In this document: in pieces, positions 26,688-35,219 of the stretch | Numbering within the stretch: the stretch's first letter is position 1 | Layout: every line of letters starts with the position of its first letter | Source of the DNA: a virus | DNA length: 64,000 nucleotides | Reading direction: 5' to 3' (one strand) | Virus record (IMG/VR): IMGVR_UViG_3300012984_000568 | Location: 1 to 64,000 of that record | Position numbers and translations under genes: made by a program | Notes under the pieces: generated by a model | Databases searched by the model: none | What the model was told of the DNA's origin: nothing | The model's input: the letters and a program-made list of their open reading frames with translations, nothing else

Positions 26688-27713
26688 GTGGCACACGAAA
26701 ACGATGACTACGACTTTCGGAGAGCTGCCCAACGAATGGCGCTCGATCCGACCGACGAGAACATGGGGGTGACACTATCGGAAGACTTCTTGAACGAAGT
26801 TGCGCCGAAGGCCACACCCAACGACCTCCAATCCAAACTCGAAGACTCCAGCAACGTCATCACGCTTCACCAGCCGCTGAAGCCAGCACCTTGCCCGTTC
26901 TGTGGATGCGACGAGTGGGAATTCAATGGCGGCGACTCGGATGTCGTCGTCCAGTGTTGCGCTTGCTTGGCGGAGGGGCCGGTTGCGACCGTCGGGTGCC
27001 GCGGCGAGGATGAACTCGAAGGCGTTGACCTGGAATCGGAAGCGACGGAGCTCTGGAATAAGCGGCCCACTCAACAGCTCGCTGAGCTATGCGGAGACGC
27101 GAGTGGCTCGCTGCTTCTTGATGTCCAGCAGGATTGCATTGCGGCGAACAAACGATGCGCAGACCTAGAATCCAAGCTCGAAGCCCTCACCAACGCCGCC
27201 GCTGGCGCCCTCGGCTTCCTCCCTAGGAATGACCCTGGGGCTAGGATGGCGGCGGATAGGATTGAGAGGGTGCTGGGGGAGATTGGGGTGGCGTTACCGG
27301 CTCCAGCGCGTCCAATCGTTGTCGGTTCGAAGTGGCGCGACTCGGCGACCGAGAGCGAATTCACAGTGAAGAGAGTGGCGCGCGGAAAGGTGACGTACCT
27401 GACGCCAAAGGATGAATGCTGGGCGTTCCCAGAATACACGTGGGCTGAGGCGGTGTTCCGCAACAGCTTCGTTTGGGTCAGCGACCCCGAGCCAGCCAGC
27501 GAGCCTCGCGCGGTCGTCGTAAACAGCATCTGGCGCGGCAATGCCGGGCGCCGTTGTACGGTGCTCAAAATATATCCAGGGGAAGACAGGTGCGTAAGCG
27601 CGGCATGGGAGGACGACCCAATCCCGATGCTTCTGTTTTCGAAGCATGCCTTCGTTGAGTTCTTTACCTGGATCAGTGACCCTCCCGCCACCAGTGAGGG
27701 TGGGGAGCCGTGA
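26688..27713 (+). CDS. Lar-family (restriction alleviation) Zn-ribbon domain protein with duplicated C-terminal domains
   Basis: PCPFCG...VVVQCCACLAEGP...ATELWNKRP; two ~58 aa repeats (IVVGSKWR...FVWVSDP and VVVNSIWR...FTWISDP). Confidence 0.7.
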   Translation: MAHENDDYDFRRAAQRMALDPTDENMGVTLSEDFLNEVAPKATPNDLQSKLEDSSNVITLHQPLKPAPCPFCGCDEWEFNGGDSDVVVQCCACLAEGPVATVGCRGEDELEGVDLESEATELWNKRPTQQLAELCGDASGSLLLDVQQDCIAANKRCADLESKLEALTNAAAGALGFLPRNDPGARMAADRIERVLGEIGVALPAPARPIVVGSKWRDSATESEFTVKRVARGKVTYLTPKDECWAFPEYTWAEAVFRNSFVWVSDPEPASEPRAVVVNSIWRGNAGRRCTVLKIYPGEDRCVSAAWEDDPIPMLLFSKHAFVEFFTWISDPPATSEGGEP

Positions 27714-27857
27714 GGGCCTACACCCGAATGCGAATCAGGCAAGCCTGGGATACCGGGCCAGCAATTTTCGGACGCTACCTAGCGACGTCAGTGGTAATTG
27801 GCTATGCAACGTGGCGCTTTACGATCTGGTTCTTTGGCCGGTGGTAGAGTCGAAGCC

Positions 27858-29602
27858 ATGAGCGAGCCAACCGAACCAAAGTGGATGGTCATCGCCAACG
27901 TGAAGCGCGAGACTACTCATGGCACCGGTCGCGCCGACGTCGAATCTGGCCTGAAGCACTTCTCGCCCGGAACCAAGGTGTACGTCACGCGGACGATGCA
28001 CGACCGTGCGCATGTTCTCGGGCGTCATCGTGGCGGCTCGCGCTTGGTGAGCATGGTGGTGGAGCTCCGACATCTGGAGAACTTTCGCGCGAAGCTCGTC
28101 TATGACCCGGGTGTGCTCGGTAATTGGGACGCTGCTCCGCTGAGCGAGTCCGATGCTCAGGACTATCTGGCGCGCGCGATCGCTGGATCGAGGTGGGGAC
28201 AGTGACTGACTCCGATCGTCCCATTCTCCAACCGTACGATCTCGTGCGCGCCACGTTCGCGCCGAAGCGCATCGACGACCTGAAGCCCGAAGCGGCATGG
28301 TGGGTAGGAAAAACCGCGAGCTGGCGCGTTGCGTGGCTCATAACGCCTGAGGATGGCGGCCCATACGTGGGTCAATGGGCGATGACGCTCAGTCGCGAAT
28401 CGGACGCCGAGACCGGGCCGCACAACGCAGTTGGGTGGGTTCCGTCGGGTGACTTGGAGGATGTCGAGCTGTTGCGGAGAATAGTCGATGGCTGACCCCG
28501 ACCGCCCCATGGTTTCGCCCCCGCTCCCAGCTGGAGGCAAGCCCTGTCCCGACTGCGAGAGACCTTGGAGCGGTTCCGGCGTGCGCCACTGCCAGCGCGC
28601 GGCGCCGGGGAGCAAGTGCGTGGTCGAGGGATGCAATAGCCGGCCGCTCACCGAATGCATTGGTGCGGACGGGCAGCGGCTTGCGGTGATTTGCGCGAAG
28701 GGCGGCGCGCACCGGTGGAGAAAGCCAGCGTGACAACAACGGAAGAGACAGCGCTGGAAGTTCTGAAGCTCCGTCGAGAATTGGAGGACCAGCAGCGCTC
28801 CTTTTCGGCTCAGAGCCAGCTGCTCTGCTCGGTCGTAGAGGCAGCCCGGTCGGTCGAGGCGTTATTCTCGACCAACCACTGCGAAGAGTTAGAGAGCCTA
28901 CGCGCAGAGCTTCACGCGCTAGATACAGCTCCCAGCCAGTGGGAGCCCGAGCCCCAGCATGGCTGGCGCCCACCGGAGGATGGCTAGGAGCATGAGCGAA
29001 CAGACCCACTATCGAAAGCTCGTGCAGGCCAAGGACGTGCCCGACCTGCCGCTGCTCTACGCGATCAAGCGCTGCGAGCCGCATTGGGCGCTCATCTGGG
29101 ATTTGGCGGAGCTCCCAGAAATGGCCACGTTCCCGTTCAAAGTGGTGCGCGCCAAGCTTCAGCAGATGATCAACAGCGGGCTCATCTCGGGCTGCTGCTG
29201 CGGATGCCGCGGCGGGTTCGAACTCAAGCCTGCAGGCGTCGAGCGACTAGGAGCGAACTAATGCTAACGATCACGTCCTACCCATGGGCAAACATTCGCG
29301 TCACTGGCGAGCCGTCGCTGGATGTCATGTCGCGGCCGGCTCGTTCACCGTTGCCAGCCGGCCCAGCACCGACGGAGGTGCTCTTCTCGCTGTACTACTC
29401 CGGCTCTGACAAGAGCGTGCTGGCGCTGATTCAGGACGCCATTGGGTCAACCGCAGACTCGCCGAGCCCGCGCACGCCAACCATCGAGGAATGCACCTCG
29501 CTACTCGAGCGGTTGCACGCGCTACATCCAGAGGCAACGTTCCGCGCGATTGGGCCTGGTTACAAGCTCGCGATTAATCGCACGGGCTGGCTTGACGCCT
29601 AG
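27858..29602 (+). CDS. Terminal cluster of small early genes (27858-28205, 28202-28495, 28488-28733, 28730-28987, 28992-29261, 29261-29602)
   Basis: Coupled start/stop overlaps; converges on the late operon. Confidence 0.55.
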
Positions 29603-29879
29603 CCGCGCGTCTCGACCATTCCAACGCCGCGATCATCAAACGGCGCTCTGCAGCACGCGACGACGTGCATCATCGACGGCGATGTGTGGCAAGAGCATGT
29701 GCACCGCTCATGAGCCGGAGCAGGGACGTCCGGCAGCTGCTCGACCGATGCCTTGATTCCGCAATCCGCTAGCACGGACGCGAAAGCGTTCACCAGTTCG
29801 GGAGGCACACCGGAACCATGCGCGATCGTCGCTCCCTTTGATTGCTCGCTCATGAGCGTAATGATGCCACAAACGAGCT

Positions 29880-29912
29880 AACGCCCGCCAACCTTTGCGG
29901 CTGACGGGCGTT
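29880..29912. terminator. GC-rich hairpin near the early/late convergence
   Basis: AACGCCCGCCAACC-TTTGC-GGCTGACGGGCGTT. Confidence 0.5.
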
Positions 29913-29939
29913 TCGGGTGGAGCTCGAAATGGCTCGGGG

Positions 29940-30200
29940 CTAAGTTTTGCTTCCGCGCGCGGCGTACTGTCTTGCGAGTCTCAGCACGTAGTCCCGGTCT
30001 GCCTGTTGGTCTATCGCGCGGAACGACTGACAGAGCTGATCGAGCTCGAGTTCCAGCCGCGTCGTCGCCGCGTCCGGCTTGGTTGGCTCATCATCAGGGA
30101 TGCTCTCGAGTGGCGGTCGCTCCCCGTCGAGCAGCTGCGCCAGGGTGACGGTCTGAGAGACCTGGCGCCGGCGAGGTGGCAGCGGCGGCGGCTTGTTCAC
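29940..30200 (-). CDS. Hypothetical protein, end of late operon
   Basis: Coupled to the upstream gene. Confidence 0.5.
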   Translation of the reverse strand: MNKPPPLPPRRRQVSQTVTLAQLLDGERPPLESIPDDEPTKPDAATTRLELELDQLCQSFRAIDQQADRDYVLRLARQYAARGSKT

Positions 30201-30883
30201 GGCAGCGGGGGCGGGGGCGTTTTCACCTCGAGGATGATGCCGCCAGTGACGCGAGCCTTAGCGCGCGGCGCCGAGAACTCGACCGTTGTGCTCGGCAAGG
30301 CGTTGGGCTGCTTTGGAATGGCGACGCCGAACCGCGCCCAGATTTGGCGGTTGTAGTCGTCATAGTCGCGCGCCCACGCACGGCACTTGGTGGCGCCCAG
30401 CGCGGCAGCATCCACGGCTTCGGGGAGGGGCTTGGTGACCGTCTCTTGCGCCTGCACCTTGGCTTCGGTGTTGTCCTGCTTCTGGCGAATTTGACCGGCG
30501 TAGAGCTCGGCGAGCACGGTCACGGCGCCGAGAAACGCGGTCACCGCGGCGAGGAACTTGAAGACCGCGCTCTTCCACTGTCCGCGGCTTGGTGGTCGCT
30601 CGCTCGACGTTCCGCGCGCGCGGAGTTCGGCGAGCTCGTCCCGCTGCGCCGGAGGCCCCATGCCGACCAGGGTTGGCTCGTGCTCCGCCGGCTCGAGCAG
30701 CGGCTGGCTCCCCACACGCGTGCGCGGCATCGCGAGCGCGCGTGGCGGATCCATCCGCATCGCCGGCGGCGGCTCTGTGGGGGCTGCGTGCGCGTCCGGG
30801 ATTGGGGTGTGCGGCGCGTTTGAGACGTTGGGCTCTGCCACGGAGCGCGGCAAGCCGTCGGGGCGTGGCGGAGGGCGAGGCAT
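30197..30883 (-). CDS. Single-pass membrane protein with Pro-rich N-terminus (lysis region)
   Basis: TM segment AVFKFLAAVTAFLGAVTVLA. Confidence 0.6.
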   Translation of the reverse strand: MPRPPPRPDGLPRSVAEPNVSNAPHTPIPDAHAAPTEPPPAMRMDPPRALAMPRTRVGSQPLLEPAEHEPTLVGMGPPAQRDELAELRARGTSSERPPSRGQWKSAVFKFLAAVTAFLGAVTVLAELYAGQIRQKQDNTEAKVQAQETVTKPLPEAVDAAALGATKCRAWARDYDDYNRQIWARFGVAIPKQPNALPSTTVEFSAPRAKARVTGGIILEVKTPPPPLP

Positions 30884-30886
30884 TGG

Positions 30887-31336
30887 TCAACGGAAGGTGC
30901 GAATTAGGGCGAGCACGGCGATGGCGCCAATGACGAGCAGAGCGACGTACGGCACCCACCGGCGCTCGAGGTCATACGCTCGTTGTCTTCGGTCGATCGC
31001 TTTTACGAGCTCGTTGGTCTCGATCGAGAGCTGCGCCGCCTTTCGGCTGCTCTTTTTGATGATCGTGAGGTCTTCGCCGCGCTTGCGGTCCGATTCTTCT
31101 AGCTTGGTGAGCCGCTCCATCACGCGAATTTCAAAAGGCCTCTCGGCTGGGGTGAGTTCGTCGTGGTCGGTGTCGCGGATCTCGTGATCGGCTTGCCCCA
31201 GGTTCGACAGCGGGCGCAGGCGCGTGACGCCGGCTACCGCTTCAGCGATTTGGAGCTTTGGGCGAGAGTCGAACGACTCCATCGGTGTGATCGCGCGATC
31301 GGCGTCGTCGAACTTGGGGGGCAACTCGCTTGCCAT
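30887..31336 (-). CDS. Coiled-coil protein with C-terminal TM helix (lysis region)
   Basis: WVPYVALLVIGAIAVLALIR; coupled to the endolysin. Confidence 0.6.
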   Translation of the reverse strand: MASELPPKFDDADRAITPMESFDSRPKLQIAEAVAGVTRLRPLSNLGQADHEIRDTDHDELTPAERPFEIRVMERLTKLEESDRKRGEDLTIIKKSSRKAAQLSIETNELVKAIDRRQRAYDLERRWVPYVALLVIGAIAVLALIRTFR

Positions 31337-32133
31337 CAGGAGTTTTTCTCCGCGTTCAGATCGAGGCCAGCGGCAAGGTCGGTGGTGAGCTTGTCCCAAC
31401 CGGCAGCGTTGTACGCTTCTTGCTCGGCAAGGCGCTGCGCGAGCAACTCTTCGCGCGTCACCGGCGCTGGGATCTCGTGCGGCGGCACCGCATCGCTAGG
31501 GTTCGTCTTGGCCAGCGGCAGCGGCCCGTCCGCGACGTTCTGATCGAGCAGCATCGGCTTGATCGCCCCACCGGGGCCGCCTGGATTGTACGGACCGACC
31601 GTGCGCTGCCAGATCGCGAACGGCCTGTCTCCTGGCGTCGCTGGCTTCGCTGCGTGCGTGTAGTGAGCGACCCAAAGCGGGCGAGCGAGAACCCACGCCG
31701 GCTTGCCGAGGCGGCCGAAGTCGCGCTGCGTGATGTAGATCATCACCTCGCCGAACTCGCTCAGCAGCCCATCGCAAAACTGGCTTAGCTTCGGCTCCCA
31801 CGACGGCTCGAGCTTCGCGGTCAGGTCGTCTTCGACGTCGATCGCCGGCGCGATGTCGCCCGCTCCGATTCCGCAGGTGATGGCCTGCGCGCAGAATGCG
31901 TCGAGCTGCTCGGTGACGCCCTGGGTTGACCGAAAAAAATGATAGAGCCCGACCTGGAGCCGGGCCGCCCGCGCGTTCTTGATGTGGGCCTGAGCGCTAG
32001 CGTCCTTCGATGAGCCGTAGGTTGCGCGCACGATTGCGAACTTGCTGGCCTGCGCGATGGTTGACCAGGAAACGCCTGCGGGGGCGCTAGTGTTTTGGAA
32101 ATGCGAAACGTCGACGCCGTAGATGCGGGGCAT
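31336..32133 (-). CDS. Endolysin, glycoside hydrolase family 25 muramidase
   Basis: GVDVSHFQ, RATYG, GLYHFF, AIDVED, LWVAHY, IWQ, LDQN. Confidence 0.9.
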   Translation of the reverse strand: MPRIYGVDVSHFQNTSAPAGVSWSTIAQASKFAIVRATYGSSKDASAQAHIKNARAARLQVGLYHFFRSTQGVTEQLDAFCAQAITCGIGAGDIAPAIDVEDDLTAKLEPSWEPKLSQFCDGLLSEFGEVMIYITQRDFGRLGKPAWVLARPLWVAHYTHAAKPATPGDRPFAIWQRTVGPYNPGGPGGAIKPMLLDQNVADGPLPLAKTNPSDAVPPHEIPAPVTREELLAQRLAEQEAYNAAGWDKLTTDLAAGLDLNAEKNS

Positions 32134-32531
32134 CACAGGTTTTCCCCACCAGGAACGAGCACGATGCCTTTGGCCGCACACTCGTCGGTAAGTCGGACCA
32201 CTTCCGCGCCATTATTCGCGCCGTGGCGTTGAGCCTCGACGAGCGCGTTGTATTCGCGATGCAACCGGCGCGACTCCTCGCCCATGCCGTCAGGGTAGTG
32301 AGACACGGCGGGCTGGGGAGGCGACCAGCCACTCAATTCTGCCGCAAGCGCATCGGCGAAGCGCTTGCGCTGACCGGCAGGCGAATCTGGCACCCAACTT
32401 GCGGCCCAATCAATCAACGATTCACGCGTTAGCATCTTATTCTCGTCCCTCTCTCGAACGTCGCCCGCTCTGCGCGGCATCGAAGTCACGGCCGTTGGCG
32501 CCTCATCGGTACCGACCGCGGCTCTCAGGAA

Positions 32532-32786
32532 TCAGACCTCGTCAGCCCAGCGCCAGCACCAGGCGCCCGCGGGATTCGAGCTCTTATGCACCACCGAAGT
32601 GAAGCGCTCGAGCTGTTGTCCATACGGGTCCGTTTTGGACTCGTCTCCCGACACGATCACGAGGTTGCACCCCGGAATCGTTCCGCCGCCGCAACCTGGC
32701 CAGACCTTGGTGACAAGGGCCGGATGGGCCTCACGGTGCGCGTCAATGTAGACGATGCTGTCGCCGATCTTGAGTTCTCGTTCCAT
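32532..32786 (-). CDS. Phage hypothetical protein
   Basis: KIGDSIVYID...HPALVTKVW...CNLVIVSGD...WRW. Confidence 0.65.
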   Translation of the reverse strand: MERELKIGDSIVYIDAHREAHPALVTKVWPGCGGGTIPGCNLVIVSGDESKTDPYGQQLERFTSVVHKSSNPAGAWCWRWADEV

Positions 32787-33083
32787 TTCGATGCTCGCTT
32801 TCCGCGGCTGCTTTGCCGCGCAGAGCGGGCGACGTTTTTTTTCGCAACTGGGCGCGCGAGCGCCCGAACAGTTCCCGCCACGGCGCGCCAGCCGACCCGC
32901 ACGCTGAACCGACCAGCGTCAGGGAACCGGCGGCGCCGTAGGCTGCTTATCCGCTCACGAAATCTCTAAACATCTGCCGTGCCACACCGAGCGCGCCCTT
33001 GCTGAAGTAGTAGCCACACACACCGAGAGCGACGACGATTGCCGCCGCCTCGCAGGTGCGGACGAAGGCCTTGCTCGAGCGCA

Positions 33084-33779
33084 TCACGCAATGACGCTGG
33101 CTCGGCGCATCGACTGCGGAATGCCGCGGCGCGCGAGGCGACTGCCGTTCGTCTTCTTGGGCTCAGCCGCAAAGCGCTGCTGCCAGCCCTTGCTCACGGC
33201 ATGGAGGTCCAAATAGGCGAGGTAACCTCCAGTCAGGATTTGCAGCGGCTTGGTGACGGCGCCCGTGTAGCTCAGTGGTCCCGTCACGGGGACCGAGGGC
33301 ATCCAGAACTTCGGCAGCACGAAGTCCGACACGTACACGCCGTCGATCGGGTACGCGAACGAGTCGTCCTCGCACGCGTCGCAGACCTCCGTCGCGTAGA
33401 GCTTTTGCCCCGACTCGTCGAGCAAGCAGGCGTTGATTTCGGGATCGGCCAGGAGCTCGAGCAGCTCGTGGCTGAACGTCACCGTCCAGTTTCCGCCGTT
33501 CTTGCGCGTGGTCTCGGCGAAGCAGTACCCGATCGGCGTGCCCGCCTTCGTGGTCTCGTGATAGCCAAGCGACCCGGCGACGTCGGCGTTGTCGACCACG
33601 ATCAGCTGCCAATCGTAGGCGCTCATCGGGGTGTCCTTCGCCGAGAAATGGCATTGCGCTTGGATGCCATAGGCCTTGCCGAAGTGGTGCTCGACCTGCT
33701 TGTTGCAGGCGTCGATCACGCGCTTCACGTCGGTGTCCGCAACCACGGTGGAGTGGTTTTTGACCTGTACCGCGATCAT
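33084..33779 (-). CDS. Putative zinc metallopeptidase
   Basis: LGYH...VTFSHELLELLADP...EVCDACE...VSDFVLP. Confidence 0.7.
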   Translation of the reverse strand: MIAVQVKNHSTVVADTDVKRVIDACNKQVEHHFGKAYGIQAQCHFSAKDTPMSAYDWQLIVVDNADVAGSLGYHETTKAGTPIGYCFAETTRKNGGNWTVTFSHELLELLADPEINACLLDESGQKLYATEVCDACEDDSFAYPIDGVYVSDFVLPKFWMPSVPVTGPLSYTGAVTKPLQILTGGYLAYLDLHAVSKGWQQRFAAEPKKTNGSRLARRGIPQSMRRASVIA

Positions 33780-34096
33780 TTGCTCGCCTCCGTGCACCGG
33801 CTGTTCGCCAAACAATTCTTCGCGCCAGACAGGCACTTGACCTGCGCGGCGGTTAGCGTTTTGCACCACGCATCCGGATCGGCCGCCTCGAAGCCGCAGC
33901 CGAGGCGCTTGGTGTTTTCGATCGCGTTGGCGCAGCTCGAGCCACCCGCCGCGGCGAACACCGTGCCGTCGACTGACGGGTCATCTGCTGGCCAGCTGGG
34001 ATCGGGGGTAGTCGGGTCCTTCGAGAGCGAACCGACGTTGCAGGAATTGCACGCGAGCGCGAGGGCTCCAACCAGGAGCAAGGCGAGCCGGTTCAT
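33776..34096 (-). CDS. Cys-rich lipoprotein
   Basis: MNRLALLLVGALALAC lipobox. Confidence 0.65.
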   Translation of the reverse strand: MNRLALLLVGALALACNSCNVGSLSKDPTTPDPSWPADDPSVDGTVFAAAGGSSCANAIENTKRLGCGFEAADPDAWCKTLTAAQVKCLSGAKNCLANSRCTEASK

Positions 34097-34740
34097 TTGT
34101 ACGCCGCCTCGATCTTGGCCAAGAAAGCCTTGCCGCGCGCGACTCCGATACCCTCGTCCGGGGTGATGCGTTCGCCCGGTTTCCGCGCTGCAATCCTCGC
34201 TGAGAGCTGCTCGACGACGGCTTTGACCGCGCACTCCACGAACGCGAGGCCTTCCGTCTTGCCGAGCGCCAGTAGGTCGTCTTCGTAGCTGCCGCCGCTC
34301 GACGTCAGAACCGACTCGACTTCGCTGAAGAGCGTATCGGGCGTCGGTGCGCACTCGCCAATCTTGGGCCACACCGAGCCGCCAGGGCCGAACAGGCTGC
34401 ACCCGGGGAGACCGCAGGCGAGCATGAGCGTCAGAAGGAACATCGGCAACGGCGGGACGAACGGCTTCGCAGCCTTCAGCGGCGCGCTCGAGCGATTCGA
34501 CGGCGCACCAGGGAGCAGCAATGCCGCCGAGACGATCACAGCCACCGCAAAGTCGGTCCACGTGGTTGCGCCCGTCAGCGTGGCCTGCAGTGACGCCACG
34601 AACGGCAGAATCGGCGGAAGCCACACCTGAACGACAGCGGGGAGCTTTCCCCAAAAGGGCTTGGTGGCGGAGAAAATGCGGGTGAATTGGGCGAAGAACG
34701 CGAGCGAGATCGCGACGACTTGGGCGACGGTGAAGTGCAT
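34093..34740 (-). CDS. Holin-like membrane protein with an internal lipoprotein-type segment
   Basis: Three N-terminal hydrophobic segments, then MFLLTLMLACGLPGC and a helical domain. Confidence 0.55.
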   Translation of the reverse strand: MHFTVAQVVAISLAFFAQFTRIFSATKPFWGKLPAVVQVWLPPILPFVASLQATLTGATTWTDFAVAVIVSAALLLPGAPSNRSSAPLKAAKPFVPPLPMFLLTLMLACGLPGCSLFGPGGSVWPKIGECAPTPDTLFSEVESVLTSSGGSYEDDLLALGKTEGLAFVECAVKAVVEQLSARIAARKPGERITPDEGIGVARGKAFLAKIEAAYK

Positions 34741-34767
34741 GAGTTCCCTCTTTCGTTGTGTGAATCG

Positions 34768-34854
34768 CCGAGACGCAGAAGACCGGCCTCAGTGCTCCGC
34801 CCAGTGGGAGGGTGGAACCAACCGGGCGGCAGAGGCCGTTCTTCTGCGTCTTGG
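34768..34854 (-). ncRNA. Long intergenic hairpin with C-rich loop
   Basis: AGACGCAGAAGA/TCTTCTGCGTCT, CGGCCTC/GAGGCCG and CCGCCCGGT/ACTGGGCGG stems; loop TTCCACCCTC. Confidence 0.5.
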
Positions 34855-34859
34855 TGGAG

Positions 34860-35219
34860 CTAGTTGTTGCCGACGTAGAGTTCGAGCGTCTTGTCGCGGG
34901 TCGCGCCGTTGGATAGGAACCAACGGCTTCGGAGCAAGTAGCGCTTTGGATCGGGGCGCACGCCTGGCGTCACGACCGGATTAGCGACACCACCGTCGAC
35001 GCTGCACGTCGCCTTCCAAAACACGTCGAACGTCACCACGACGAGGCCGAGCGTGAACGCGGACGGAACCACGGGAACATCCGCGTCATCAACCTCAGTG
35101 ACCGTAACCGATGTGACCGTCACGCCCTCCGGAACGTCGCCGCCCCTGAACGTGATGGCGACGCGATCGTCCGGGTCTTTGACGCCTGGAAACCTGGGGA
35201 GTTTTGCGCTTGCGCTCAT
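34860..35219 (-). CDS. Phage fibre-tail adaptor-like protein
   Basis: KDPDDRVAITF...GG...YLLRSRWFLSNGATRDKTLELYV. Confidence 0.65.
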   Translation of the reverse strand: MSASAKLPRFPGVKDPDDRVAITFRGGDVPEGVTVTSVTVTEVDDADVPVVPSAFTLGLVVVTFDVFWKATCSVDGGVANPVVTPGVRPDPKRYLLRSRWFLSNGATRDKTLELYVGNN

